DNA of 64,000 bases from an uncultured bacterium (GTDB taxonomy: Bacteria; Acidobacteriota; Thermoanaerobaculia; Multivoradales; JAHZIX01). The translations under genes and the position numbers were made by a program. The notes under the pieces are model-generated. The model did no database searches. It was not told the origin of the DNA and was given only the letters and a program-made list of their open reading frames with translations. The first letter of the stretch is position 1, and each line of letters starts with the position of its first letter. The DNA is taken from the NCBI GenBank assembly GCA_965368975.1, contig CBDUPA010000003.1:256001-320000 (forward strand), written 5' to 3'. This document shows, piece by piece, positions 45,559-55,449 of the stretch.

Positions 45559-46401
45559 ATGCAGTCCCCGAAACTCAGCATCGTCATTCCTCTATTCAAC
45601 GAGGCAGACAATCTGCCCGTGCTCGACGAGCAGGTTCGAACCGCTCTGCAGGCACAGGAAATGACGTACGAGGTTCTCTACGTCGACGACGGCAGCTCGG
45701 ATGCCAGTCTGGACGTGTTGCGCGAGCTGGCACAGCACGATGGCCGCCTACGCCTGCTGCGGAACTTCTGCAACAGCGGCCAGTCGGCGGCCCTGGCGGC
45801 AGGTTTCGAGGCCGCACGTGGAGAGATTCTCGTCACCCTTGATGCGGACCTACAGAACGACCCGGCGGACATTCCGACGTTGCTCAGCGAATTGCAGCGT
45901 ACCGAGGCTGATTTGGTCGCCGGAGTGCGCCAACGACGCCAGGACAACTGGGTTCGGCGCCTGTCGTCGCGGCTGGCCAATGGCGTACGCCGGCGTGTCT
46001 TGCAGGATGACGCCACCGACACGGGTTGCTCGCTGAAGGCGTTTCGCGCTGAGCTTGTGCGTCAGTTGCCGCGTTTCAACGGTATGCATCGTTTCCTGCC
46101 CGCCCTGATCAAGATGGCCGGAGGCCGTGTGGTGCAGGTCCCCGTCCATCATCGGCCGCGCCTGCACGGCGAGCCAAAGTACAACATCAGTAACCGACTG
46201 TGGCGCGGTCTGGCGGACCTCTTCGGGGTCTTCTGGTTACAGCGGCGTTGGATCGATCCGCGCCAGGTCGGGGAGGTCAGAGTTTGGCCAGCAACGCAAT
46301 CGACCCCCTCTGGCTCGTCATCGGCTTCGGCGGCCAAGCCCTCTTCGGAGCCCGCTTTCTCATCCAGTGGATCGTCTCCGAGCGACGCAAGGAAAGTGTA
46401 G
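45559..46401 (+). CDS. GT2 polyprenol-phosphate glycosyltransferase (ArnC/DPM1-like)
   Basis: IPLFNE, VDDGSSD, GQSAA, LDADLQNDP, DTGCSLK, HRFLP. Confidence 0.93.
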   Translation: MQSPKLSIVIPLFNEADNLPVLDEQVRTALQAQEMTYEVLYVDDGSSDASLDVLRELAQHDGRLRLLRNFCNSGQSAALAAGFEAARGEILVTLDADLQNDPADIPTLLSELQRTEADLVAGVRQRRQDNWVRRLSSRLANGVRRRVLQDDATDTGCSLKAFRAELVRQLPRFNGMHRFLPALIKMAGGRVVQVPVHHRPRLHGEPKYNISNRLWRGLADLFGVFWLQRRWIDPRQVGEVRVWPATQSTPSGSSSASAAKPSSEPAFSSSGSSPSDARKV

Positions 46402-46616
46402 TTCCACGGGTTTTCTGGTTCTTCAGTCTCTTCGGTGGCATGACGCTGCTGGCGTACGCCATCCACAAGCGTGATCCGGTGTTCATCACGGGGCAGTCCC
46501 TGGGACTGGTGATCTACTGCCGCAACCTGTGGTTCATCTATGGCCCCAAGAAGGCCGCGGACGAAGCGCAGTCGCCGGCCGCGGAAGCGTCGCTTCCTGG
46601 GGAGCCATCGGCGTGA
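46284..46616 (+). CDS. lipid A biosynthesis N-terminal (LAB_N) small membrane protein
   Basis: IGFGGQALFGARFLIQW..SE, VPRVFW, RDPVFITGQ, IYCRNL; SD GGAGG plus TTG 46284. Confidence 0.9.
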   Translation: MASNAIDPLWLVIGFGGQALFGARFLIQWIVSERRKESVVPRVFWFFSLFGGMTLLAYAIHKRDPVFITGQSLGLVIYCRNLWFIYGPKKAADEAQSPAAEASLPGEPSA

Positions 46617-48394
46617 GTTCGGCGTTGTCGTTGCCAGGGGCGTGGTTCCAGCGGTATCCAGCCCTGTGGGCCGGGCTGCTGGGGGTGATCCTGTTCCTGC
46701 CTGGGCTGGGCAATCACGATCTGTGGAACCCGGATGAACCGCGCTACGCGCAGGTAGGCGCCGAGATGCTGGCGTCCGGCGAGTTCCTGGTCCCGCACCT
46801 CAACGGTGAGCTGTACAACCAGAAGCCACCGTTGCACTTCTGGTCCATCGCGGTTTTCGGTGCACTTCGAGGTGGAGTCGACGAAGTGGCGGCACGCTTG
46901 CCATCGGCGCTGGCTGGTATCGGCACCCTGGTGCTAGTGTTCCTGCTGGGTCGCCGTCTGTTCGACGACCGCACGGCCTGGTTGGCGGTCCTCGTCTTCG
47001 GCAGCTCGGCACGGCTGCTGTGGCAGGGCCGGACAGGCCAGATCGACATGCAGCTGGTGTTCTGGGTGACGCTGGCGATGTACTTCTTCGTACGCGGTCA
47101 TCTGGCCCAGGACCCTCGCTGGTACCCATGGTTCTTCGTCGCCTGTGGTTTCGGCGGCCTGGCGAAGGGACCGGTTGGTCTGCTGCCGCCGCTCCTATCG
47201 ATCATCGCCTACCTCTTGGCGACCGGCCAGCGGCATGAGCTGAAGAGGCTGCGCATTGGCCGTGGCCTGTGGATCTGGGTCGGCATCATGTGCCTGTGGC
47301 TGTTGCCGGCAGCGCTGACGGCCGGCTTCGATTACCTGCGGTACCTGGTGGTCGATCAGAACCTCGGCCGCTACGCACGGCCGAGCGGCCATCATCGTCC
47401 CTTCTACTACTTCCTGACCGTCATCCCGGGTGACTTCTTCCCGTGGTCCTTCTTTTTGCCCACGGCGTTGATTCTCGGCTGGCGCCGCGTGCGCTCGACG
47501 GCAGAGCGTGCCGTGCAGGGCGAGTTCTGGCTCGGTGGTTCGGCGCGACGTGGCTATCTGCTGTGTCTGTGCTGGATGGTCGTGACGGTCGTCTTCTTCA
47601 GTCTCTCCCCCGGCAAGCGCACCGTCTACGTGTTGACCATGTATCCGGGGATGTCTCTGCTGGTGGCCGCAGTGCTGCAGCGCCTGACGATCCAGTGGAC
47701 GGAGCTGTCGAGGAGCGGGAAGGACGCTACAGGAAGGGGAGAAGCCTTTCCCCGGGCGTGGATGCTGGTGCCGCTCGGCCTGCTCGCGCTGTTGGCTGGC
47801 ACAGCTGCTGCGTTGCTGCCGCTGCGCGTCGGGGAGCGACCGGAGCTGGCGCTGATGACGTCCTGGACGTTGCCGTTGGTCACTGCTGCCCTTGCGTTGC
47901 TGGCACTCTCCGCCCTCGTCGCGCTGGTGTTCGTCTGGCGAGGGCGCGCAGTCTGGGCGCCGAAGGTGCTGGCGGTGACGATGATGGCCATGGTCATGAC
48001 CCTCTTCCTTGCCGTGCTGCCCCAGGTCGATGCCTTCAAGTCACCACGGAGGCTGACCGAGCGACTGATGGCCGATCGGTTGCCGGACGAACCCTTCGCG
48101 GTCTTTCCGCGCAAAGACGAGTCGGTGATCTTCTATGCTGGCAAGCCAGTGTTGGATGTTCATTTCGACGAATTGGACGCCTTTCTGTCCTCGGCCCCGC
48201 GTGTCTGGCTGCTTGCCGAACGTGACGCGCTGGAGCGCGTCGAGCCGGCTCGCGAGTTGATCGAGATCGATCGCGACGCGGATGTGGAGGATGGCTACCT
48301 TCTGCTCACCAATCCACCATGGCCTCGACGCCCCGCGCTAGCGCAGGAAGTGCACGGCGAGCCGGATGGACCAGACGAGGAGGCTGTGCGATGA
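46613..48394 (+). CDS. ArnT/GT39-like glycosyltransferase
   Basis: DEPRYA, KPPL, RLPSAL, LAKGPVG, KRTVY; many TM helices; GTGA coupling. Confidence 0.92.
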   Translation: MSSALSLPGAWFQRYPALWAGLLGVILFLPGLGNHDLWNPDEPRYAQVGAEMLASGEFLVPHLNGELYNQKPPLHFWSIAVFGALRGGVDEVAARLPSALAGIGTLVLVFLLGRRLFDDRTAWLAVLVFGSSARLLWQGRTGQIDMQLVFWVTLAMYFFVRGHLAQDPRWYPWFFVACGFGGLAKGPVGLLPPLLSIIAYLLATGQRHELKRLRIGRGLWIWVGIMCLWLLPAALTAGFDYLRYLVVDQNLGRYARPSGHHRPFYYFLTVIPGDFFPWSFFLPTALILGWRRVRSTAERAVQGEFWLGGSARRGYLLCLCWMVVTVVFFSLSPGKRTVYVLTMYPGMSLLVAAVLQRLTIQWTELSRSGKDATGRGEAFPRAWMLVPLGLLALLAGTAAALLPLRVGERPELALMTSWTLPLVTAALALLALSALVALVFVWRGRAVWAPKVLAVTMMAMVMTLFLAVLPQVDAFKSPRRLTERLMADRLPDEPFAVFPRKDESVIFYAGKPVLDVHFDELDAFLSSAPRVWLLAERDALERVEPARELIEIDRDADVEDGYLLLTNPPWPRRPALAQEVHGEPDGPDEEAVR

Positions 48395-49113
48395 GCGAAT
48401 TGATCCTGGTGCGGCACGGCCAAGCGTCGTTCTTCGAAGACCACTACGACCGGCTGTCCGAACGCGGAGAAGAGCAGGCCTGGTGTCTCGGGCGCTACTG
48501 GGTCGAACGCGGCCTGCGGCCGGATGCGGTCTACGTCGGACCGCGCTCCAGGCATGTGGGCACCGCCGAGGCGGCGGGGCAGGAGTTGCAGGCGGCTGGA
48601 CTGCCGTGGCCGCAGCCGATCAACCTACCGGAGCTCGATGAGCACGGGGCCGTCGATGCACTGGTCGCTGCCAAGGAGCAGCTGGCGGAGCGCTTTCCCG
48701 ATCTGGCGGCGCTCGGTCTCGCCTTCAAGACGCAACAAGACCCCGCAGCTCGCACCCAGGCGTACGGCCGTCTGTTCGATGCGGCGATGCGGCTGTGGGT
48801 CGACGGTAGCCTGGACGACTTGCCGGGCATGGAGCCGTGGAGCGCCTTCCAGCAGCGAGTGTGCGCGGCCCTCGACCAGCTCACGTCGCACCCTGCAGGT
48901 GGCCGCACGTTGGTCGCTTTCACCTCGGGCGGTCCGTGTGCGGTCGCCGTGCAACATGCGCTCGGCTGCAACGACCAGACGGCAGTGACGCTGGCGTCAC
49001 GCGTACGCAACACGGCCCTGGTTCGCTTCGCCTTCAGTGGGGACCGTTTCAGTCTCGATGCCTTCAACGCCACGCCTCACTTGCGCGACCCGGAACTCGA
49101 GACGTTCCTCTAG
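48391..49113 (+). CDS. histidine phosphatase (phosphoglycerate mutase family)
   Basis: LVRHGQAS, FTSGG, FNATPHL; ATGA coupling. Confidence 0.9.
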   Translation: MSELILVRHGQASFFEDHYDRLSERGEEQAWCLGRYWVERGLRPDAVYVGPRSRHVGTAEAAGQELQAAGLPWPQPINLPELDEHGAVDALVAAKEQLAERFPDLAALGLAFKTQQDPAARTQAYGRLFDAAMRLWVDGSLDDLPGMEPWSAFQQRVCAALDQLTSHPAGGRTLVAFTSGGPCAVAVQHALGCNDQTAVTLASRVRNTALVRFAFSGDRFSLDAFNATPHLRDPELETFL

Positions 49114-49153
49114 AACCTGGGCGGCTAGCCGTCCCTCTGCCGACGGCGGTCGA

Positions 49154-49624
49154 TCAGTGCTGCTTGTGCTCGATGTCCAGGCGCTGGATCAGCACGCGTT
49201 CGTAGGTCGTGGCGATATCCAGGCGCAGGAGCAGGAGAGGGCGGAAGGTGCCGTTGCTGGGATCTTCGAGAATCAGCTGCTGCGCCAGTTCCTGTCGCCG
49301 ACGCAAGAAGCGCAGCTGTTCGGCGGCAGGTACTGACGGAAGATGGTCCCTGACGAAGTGAGAGTGTTCCTGCCGGATCCGAAGAGGGGCGCTATTCGGC
49401 GTGCTGCTGCGCGACAGCTCGAAGAAGCTGACCAAGGCGTCCAGCTCATGCTGCAAGAGCAACTGCACCACCTCCGTTGGCAGAGCTCGAAAGTGGGGTA
49501 GATCCTCGAGTTGGATCGCTTGTTCGAAGCTCGACAGCAATTGGCTCTGACGGTGCGTAAACCATTCGTGCGCTTGATGCCAAGCGTGATCGGGATCTTC
49601 GTTTTCGGAACTTACTGTCTGCAA
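49154..49624 (-). CDS. hypothetical helical protein
   Basis: 156-aa ORF filling the gap, protein-like composition, no recognised motif; start uncertain. Confidence 0.5.
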   Translation of the reverse strand: MQTVSSENEDPDHAWHQAHEWFTHRQSQLLSSFEQAIQLEDLPHFRALPTEVVQLLLQHELDALVSFFELSRSSTPNSAPLRIRQEHSHFVRDHLPSVPAAEQLRFLRRRQELAQQLILEDPSNGTFRPLLLLRLDIATTYERVLIQRLDIEHKQH

Positions 49625-49796
49625 GATAGTTCCCTGCCAAGAGCGGTGGAGATCGTGGCGTGTCTACAGGGTCCACATAGGAATCATAGCAAAGAAAGGG
49701 GCGTGACCAGACGCGATGAGGACAGCCCCGAGGGCATGTGGATGCTATGCTAGTTTGGCAGTGGTTACGGAAGCTCGACGAAAGGAGAGAGCCACC

Positions 49797-50855
49797 ATGG
49801 CAAAGAAGACACGCAAGTTCGACCGTCGCGAGGCTCAGCCGCACAGAGCCGGGGCAGCCCAAGATGCCGAGCCTGCCCTATATGGAGTCCATCGAATGAT
49901 TCAGCCCAGTAGCGAAGCCACCGTTCGGTTCGCGGCCAGAAGCGCATCGCCCCACGGCTTGATCGTGGCCCTCGGCCTGGCACTGCTTCTGGCGTCCTCG
50001 CTGGTCGCCGCGGCGCAACGTGAAACTCGTGGTGAGCGCGAGCCAGCGCAGCAAACTCAGGAGCTCAAATTCGACGGCCAGCGCATGAGTGAGATCCGCA
50101 TCGCGGTGCAGGACGTGAATACCCGCGAGGATGTCGTCATTCTCCGCGATGGAGATGTCTTGGAGCTGAACGTCGGTGAGAAGGTGCGGCTGCGCCTGAT
50201 CGCTATTCCAGCGAGCCAGAATCATTCCCAGCGCTATCCCGCTGGCCGCTTTACGGGGCCGGAACGGAGCAACGCCGAGGTTGTCTTGAGTGATCCCAAG
50301 CCACACCTTGGCTCAGTGGTCCTCGAGGCGCGCCGCTTGGGTGATGGAGACTCGTTCTTCCGCTACCAGGTGACCGACAACGTCAACATGGACCGTCGCT
50401 TGTTCAAGGGCACCTTCGGGGTGCGCATCCGTCGCGGGGGTGCCGACCCTGGTGGTGGCGGCTACGACAGTGGCGAGCAGGGCTACGCCAGCAAGGTCGT
50501 CGATGCCCTGTACCGCGGCATCCTGATGCGGTCCCCGGATGCAGGGGCTCGGCCGCGTGTCGAGGACATCGCGAACAACGGTCATGCAGCCGCGGTCAAC
50601 CATGCGCGGGATATCGCCAAGAGCCGTGAGAGCACGATCGACATCTACGGTCGTGGTGTGACGCATGAAGAGCGCCTGCTATCGCTCTACGAGCACCTGA
50701 TGGGCTTGTCCGAGCGTGAGATCTCGGAAGTGGCTTGGCGCAACGACCTGCAGCGCCTGCGCAACGGGCAGCTGGAGATCGTGGTGATCAACATGTGCCA
50801 GTCGCGCGAGTTCGCGGATCGGTTCGGCCGTGGTCCGCGGCCACAGTATCGATAA
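49797..50855 (+). CDS. exported hypothetical protein with C-terminal DUF4214-like repeats
   Basis: SD AAGGAG; hydrophobic segment; VDALYRGILMRSPD and QSREFADRFG. Start 49797 or 49896. Confidence 0.6.
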   Translation: MAKKTRKFDRREAQPHRAGAAQDAEPALYGVHRMIQPSSEATVRFAARSASPHGLIVALGLALLLASSLVAAAQRETRGEREPAQQTQELKFDGQRMSEIRIAVQDVNTREDVVILRDGDVLELNVGEKVRLRLIAIPASQNHSQRYPAGRFTGPERSNAEVVLSDPKPHLGSVVLEARRLGDGDSFFRYQVTDNVNMDRRLFKGTFGVRIRRGGADPGGGGYDSGEQGYASKVVDALYRGILMRSPDAGARPRVEDIANNGHAAAVNHARDIAKSRESTIDIYGRGVTHEERLLSLYEHLMGLSEREISEVAWRNDLQRLRNGQLEIVVINMCQSREFADRFGRGPRPQYR

Positions 50856-50874
50856 CGGTCAAATCCGGAGTCTC

Positions 50875-50988
50875 TCTGGGTAGGGGCGGCCCCATGTGGC
50901 CGCCCTGCGGCGTCAGCCGCATCCGAATCCGGAGGAAGACCGCCGTTCCCCCGCCCAGGGCACCCACACGGGGGTGCCCCTACCCAGA
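50875..50988. repeat. REPIN-like element: two inverted GTAG-type REP hairpins
   Basis: GTAGGGGCGGCCCCATGTGGCCGCCCT (50880-50906) and AGGGCACCCACACGGGGGTGCCCCTAC (50957-50983); outer 12-bp IR TCTGGGTAGGGG/CCCCTACCCAGA. Confidence 0.8.
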
Positions 50989-52167
50989 TTCGGATCCGTT
51001 GTTGGACTCCCGAGGCGGCAGAGGGCGTTCTTCCAGTTTCCACAGGAAGGCGCCCTCTTGCTGTTTGCGCACTTCCGGCGTCAGGCCCCGATAGCCGTAC
51101 GGGGGCCGGCGCAAGCGGCGGGTGAGAGCGAGCAGGAACCAGCCGAGCGGCAGGTAGAAGCCGATCAGGTCCCAGTCACGCAGCCAGCGGTGTAGCTTGT
51201 TCTTGGCCGGCTGGCGGCGACGGTCGCGGTAGTGGCGCACGAAAGTGACCGCCCAGGTCCACGGCATCGCCTTGTGCAGCAGGCCGCGACGTCGCGCGCG
51301 CGCCAGGCGCTGCTTGAGCAGGCGCCACTGGTAGGGGTGCTGACCGTAGCGCTCGACGTAGCGGTCCATCTCGGCCTGCATGCGCTGGCGCACTTGCTCG
51401 GCGACGGCCTGCAACTTGGCCCGGTCCGGGTTGTCCAGGTCGATACCGGCTTCTCGCACCATCGCCGCGACATCGAGTGGTTCGCCGATAACGAACACCA
51501 TGCGCGTGGGCAGCGCCAGGTACCAGGTCCAGGGCAGCAGCAGCGTGATCGGTGCTGCCGGCAGCGGTATGAAGGGCACGCCGAAGAGCTTTTGCACCAA
51601 CCAATCGACCGGCTTGAAGGTGTAGTTGAAGGGGATGATCCACTCGGCGTTGATGATGTAGGTTGGGTAGATGGGGGCCTGGTGGCGCGCTCCCAGCAGG
51701 ATAAAACTGGTGGAAAAGCGCTGCAGCTCGTAGCGGTGATTGAAGCCCTTGCCGATACCGGGTACGCCCTCCGGGTAGTACAGGATGCGCTCACCGCGCG
51801 CCAACAGCTGGTCGAAGTTGTCGAACGTCAGGTCGACACCGCCGCCGCGACGCCAGAAGTTGTCGATACCCCACGGGCGCATCCACCAGGTGGTCGTCAG
51901 CTCGCGCTCGAAGACCGAGCGGATCTTGGCCTCGCGCGTCCGCCCCTGGCGGCTCCATAGCAGGCCGTCGAGCACCATGGCGTCGTAGGGGAAGGCGTTG
52001 CCGCTGTGGTTGGGGGCCAGGATCAGCGGCCCCTTGTCTGGGAGACGGTGGGCGCCCAGCAGGCGAGGGCGGAAGTAGGCATCGACGAAGAGCGGAGCGA
52101 AGACCTCGTCGACCAGGTCGCGCATGTAGGCGGCGTCGAAGGGTTCGTAGTAGCGCGGCTCGCTCAT
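50980..52167 (-). CDS. LPLAT acyltransferase (MGAT/DGAT-like)
   Basis: PNHSGNAFPYD, YYPEG, IGEPLD; true start MSEPRYY at 52167 (ATGA overlap), not 53055. Confidence 0.85.
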   Translation of the reverse strand: MSEPRYYEPFDAAYMRDLVDEVFAPLFVDAYFRPRLLGAHRLPDKGPLILAPNHSGNAFPYDAMVLDGLLWSRQGRTREAKIRSVFERELTTTWWMRPWGIDNFWRRGGGVDLTFDNFDQLLARGERILYYPEGVPGIGKGFNHRYELQRFSTSFILLGARHQAPIYPTYIINAEWIIPFNYTFKPVDWLVQKLFGVPFIPLPAAPITLLLPWTWYLALPTRMVFVIGEPLDVAAMVREAGIDLDNPDRAKLQAVAEQVRQRMQAEMDRYVERYGQHPYQWRLLKQRLARARRRGLLHKAMPWTWAVTFVRHYRDRRRQPAKNKLHRWLRDWDLIGFYLPLGWFLLALTRRLRRPPYGYRGLTPEVRKQQEGAFLWKLEERPLPPRESNNGSESG

Positions 52168-53873
52168 TCTCGCCCTCGCCGTAGGGGGATCAGAAACCCG
52201 AGCAAGAAGAGCACGATGGACACTGGCAGTGCCCACGGGGCGTCCGACGTCAACAGCACGGCACCGGCGAGCATGCAGAAACCGCCGAAGAGCGTGCCGC
52301 GCAAGCCGGCTAGCGGGTTCTCCTGGGGCTGTTGCGTCATTTGTTCGAGCACGCGCAGGCTCTCGGTGACCAGCATCGGAGACTTGACCACTGCGTCGAC
52401 CAGTTCGGGCGCGCCGCGCAGGCTCTGGCGCAGCAGGCGTATGGGCCCGAATTGATGGAGGAAGATCTTGTTGATGTGCTTCTGGCTCAGCTCGACGATG
52501 TCGAGGTCCGGTTGCAGGATGTAGCCGACGCCCTCGAAGGTCACCAGCGCCTTGACCATCAACACCATCTCGACGGGGAAGTAGACGCGGAACTGACCAC
52601 CCAGATTGACCGACTGCAGGATCAGCTGCGCCAGCGAGAAGCCTTCGAAGTTGGAGCTGCGGTGCCAGCGCTGTGCGATCTCGGTCAGCGCGCGGCGGAA
52701 GCCGACCGGATCCGAGCCGTAGCCGGTCGTGGCGACGGCGGCCAGGTAGCGCGACGCGTTGTCGGCGTCGCCCATGACCAGGCAGTAGTAGTAGTACATC
52801 AGCGTGCGCCGTAGGTCTTCGTCGAAGCGGCCGACCATGCCGAGGTCGATGAAGCCGGCCCGCGGCCCCTTGCCGTCGCGCCCGGGCAGGATGATCAAGT
52901 TGCCTGGGTGCAGGTCGGCGTGGAAGAAGCCGTCCTGGTACAACATGCGGATGATCGCCTCGGCCCCCAACTCGACGATGCGGTCGCGGTCTTCCTCGGG
53001 CAGGGCTCGTGCCTCCGGCGAGTCCGGCTTGATGCCGTCGAAGAACTCCATGCACATGACGTTCATCCCCGAGTACTCGCGGTAGATCTTGGGGAAGACG
53101 ATGTCGGGGTCGTCGACGAAGTTGGCCGCGAAGGTCTCGGCGTTGTCCGCCTCGCGGCGCAGGTCGATCTCCTTAGAGGTGTAGTCGACGAACTCGCGGA
53201 TGACCTGTCGCGGTCGGTAGGCCGGAATCAGCAGTTGTAGCAGACCGCCGAAGAGCTTGAGCAGACGCGCGTCGCGGGTCAGCAACTGGCGGATGCCGGG
53301 CTTGACCACCTTGAGGATCACCGAGTCGCCATGCACGGTAGTGGCCCGGTGGGTCTGGGCGATCGACGCCGAGCCGATCGGTCTCGGGTCGATCCAGCTG
53401 TACGCTTCGTCCAGCGGGCAGCGCAGGTCCGCGGCCACCAGCTCCACGTAGCGGTCAAAGGGCACTACGGGTAGGCGGTCGAGCAGGTTCTTCAGCTCGT
53501 CGGTGATCGAGTGCGGCAGAATGTCTTGGCGCAGCGATAGCACCTGCCCGAGCTTGATATACGTTGGACCGAGGATTTCGAGCCGGCGGCGCAGTTGCAC
53601 CGGGAACGGCTGGCGCCGCAGGTCGCCGCGCACGAACGGCACAGCGAAGAAAGCCGCGACCCGCAGCAGCCACCAGAGCAGGCCGCTGCGCAGCGCCTTC
53701 GGCCGATCGCGCACCGCCGCGACCATGCCGCCGAGGCCGAGGCCGAGCAGGTGGCGTTGCGTGGTGAGGAAGCGTCGGAGTAGCCCGGGTGGCGGCCGCT
53801 CGATCAGCAGCTCGAAGCCCTCGAGGGGATCTTCCGGCGCTTGCTCTTCGCTTGCGGAGGCTCCAGCCGTCAT
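52164..53873 (-). CDS. ABC1/UbiB (AarF) family kinase-like protein
   Basis: LGPTYIKLGQ, SASIAQTH, KVVKPG, FFHADLHPGN, IDLGMVG; two C-terminal TM helices. Confidence 0.93.
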   Translation of the reverse strand: MTAGASASEEQAPEDPLEGFELLIERPPPGLLRRFLTTQRHLLGLGLGGMVAAVRDRPKALRSGLLWWLLRVAAFFAVPFVRGDLRRQPFPVQLRRRLEILGPTYIKLGQVLSLRQDILPHSITDELKNLLDRLPVVPFDRYVELVAADLRCPLDEAYSWIDPRPIGSASIAQTHRATTVHGDSVILKVVKPGIRQLLTRDARLLKLFGGLLQLLIPAYRPRQVIREFVDYTSKEIDLRREADNAETFAANFVDDPDIVFPKIYREYSGMNVMCMEFFDGIKPDSPEARALPEEDRDRIVELGAEAIIRMLYQDGFFHADLHPGNLIILPGRDGKGPRAGFIDLGMVGRFDEDLRRTLMYYYYCLVMGDADNASRYLAAVATTGYGSDPVGFRRALTEIAQRWHRSSNFEGFSLAQLILQSVNLGGQFRVYFPVEMVLMVKALVTFEGVGYILQPDLDIVELSQKHINKIFLHQFGPIRLLRQSLRGAPELVDAVVKSPMLVTESLRVLEQMTQQPQENPLAGLRGTLFGGFCMLAGAVLLTSDAPWALPVSIVLFLLGFLIPLRRGRE

Positions 53874-53892
53874 GGGAGGCTGGCTCCGCTCC

Positions 53893-55449
53893 TCAACGAT
53901 TCCGCCCGTACTGTTCGTGGCTCGACACCCAGTCGAGCGCCGAGATCGCCGAGCCGAGGGAGATCTCGCCCGCCAGCGCGACGCCAGCGACGATCTCGGC
54001 GAACTTGAGCACCTTGCCCTTGCCGTAGCAGTCCAGCACCTCCAGGCACTCGCGCTGCGTCGGCAGGCTGGTGCCGCCGCCATAGGTGGCGACGATCAGC
54101 GACGGAATGGTCAGCGAAATGTAGAAGTCGCCGTTCTTGTCGACCTCGGTGTAGAGGACTCCGGCCGACGACTCCGAGACGTTGGCGACATCCTGGCCGG
54201 TGGCGATGAACATGGCGGTGATGGCGTTGGGCGAGTGGCAGCCGTTGTTGTTGGCACCGGAGAGGAAGGCGCCGATGTTGGCGACGTTCGAGTGGTAGTG
54301 CAGCGTTTCCGGCTCGACGCGCATGTGCTGGATCAGCACGTCACGCGGGATCGTACACTCCGCCGTCACGCGCTTGCCGCGCGTGCGCATGACGTTGATC
54401 TGCGACGCCTTCTTGTCGGTAGCGAAGTTCGATTCCAGGTAGAAGTGGCGCACGTTGTCGAGCTGGTCGAGGATCCAGCTACAGGCGGCGAAGGTGGCGC
54501 GTCCAACCATGTTCTGTCCCGCCGCGTCCCCCGTCGAGTAGTTGAAGCGCAGGTAGGCGAACTTGTTCGAGAGGTAGGTGTCGATGTAGACCAGCTTGGC
54601 GACGCTCGAGGTTTCCTCCGCGGCCTGCCGAATGTGGTCCATGTTCTCTTGGATCCAGTCGCGGAAATCGCGTGCCTGGCGCGCCGAGTCGAAGACGAAC
54701 ACCGGTGCACGCTGCATGACGTCGCCGACCACCGTGCAGGTGACGCCGCCCGACAAATTGAGCACCTTGATGCCGCGGTTGTAGGACGCCACGAGCGTGC
54801 CTTCGGCGGTGGCCAAGGGGATCAGGAATTCGCCGATGGCGTGCTCGCCATTGACCTGCAACGGACCAGCGAAGCCGAGCGGTACTTGTGCTACACCGGT
54901 GAAGTTCTCGATGTTGCCCTGCGTTACCGCCGGGTCGAACGAATACTTGTTGACGTGTTGCAGCTGGACGCCGGTCTGCTGTTCGATGAACGCCTGCCGC
55001 GCGGCGACAATCTCGGGAGTGTAGTTGTCTTCCTTGTCGAGCGGCACGATGGTGCGCTCGACCTGTTCCTCGATCGCGTCCTCGACCTCGAAGTCGAGGC
55101 TACCAAAGGGCTTGGCCTCGAAAGCGATGTTGATCCTGTGCTTGCCCTCGGGCAGAGCCGCGCCGGTATTGCACAGCACCAAGAGCGCCTTGCGCAGCGG
55201 GAAGTCGATCGGCGACGTCTCACTGATCTCCGTCGCCGCGACTCTGTGGTCCCCGAGGTCGAGCTGGATGTGCGCCACGTCGATCTCTTGGCCGTTGATG
55301 CGAATGCTCTTGACGCCAGTCAGGGTGGCGTCGTTGAGGCGGTTCTTGATTCCGAAACGCACGCCCTTGTCTGTATTGAGCAAGCTGCTGTAGGTGTACA
55401 GCTGGCGCAGAACCATGGACGGAATCTTGAACAGGTTGGGAAATTTCAT
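53893..55449 (-). CDS. HMG-CoA reductase (class I-like) with an extra N-terminal domain
   Basis: NIENFTG, ATAEGTLVAS, DAAGQNM, TDKK, GQDVAN, GGGT, C-terminal His (SHEQYGR). Confidence 0.92.
   Translation of the reverse strand: MKFPNLFKIPSMVLRQLYTYSSLLNTDKGVRFGIKNRLNDATLTGVKSIRINGQEIDVAHIQLDLGDHRVAATEISETSPIDFPLRKALLVLCNTGAALPEGKHRINIAFEAKPFGSLDFEVEDAIEEQVERTIVPLDKEDNYTPEIVAARQAFIEQQTGVQLQHVNKYSFDPAVTQGNIENFTGVAQVPLGFAGPLQVNGEHAIGEFLIPLATAEGTLVASYNRGIKVLNLSGGVTCTVVGDVMQRAPVFVFDSARQARDFRDWIQENMDHIRQAAEETSSVAKLVYIDTYLSNKFAYLRFNYSTGDAAGQNMVGRATFAACSWILDQLDNVRHFYLESNFATDKKASQINVMRTRGKRVTAECTIPRDVLIQHMRVEPETLHYHSNVANIGAFLSGANNNGCHSPNAITAMFIATGQDVANVSESSAGVLYTEVDKNGDFYISLTIPSLIVATYGGGTSLPTQRECLEVLDCYGKGKVLKFAEIVAGVALAGEISLGSAISALDWVSSHEQYGRNR

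Noticed and set aside
52168-53055. Apparent 296-aa N-terminal extension of the acyltransferase
   Set aside because: Arg/Pro-rich off-frame reading of the UbiB gene; ATGA coupling marks the true start at 52167.
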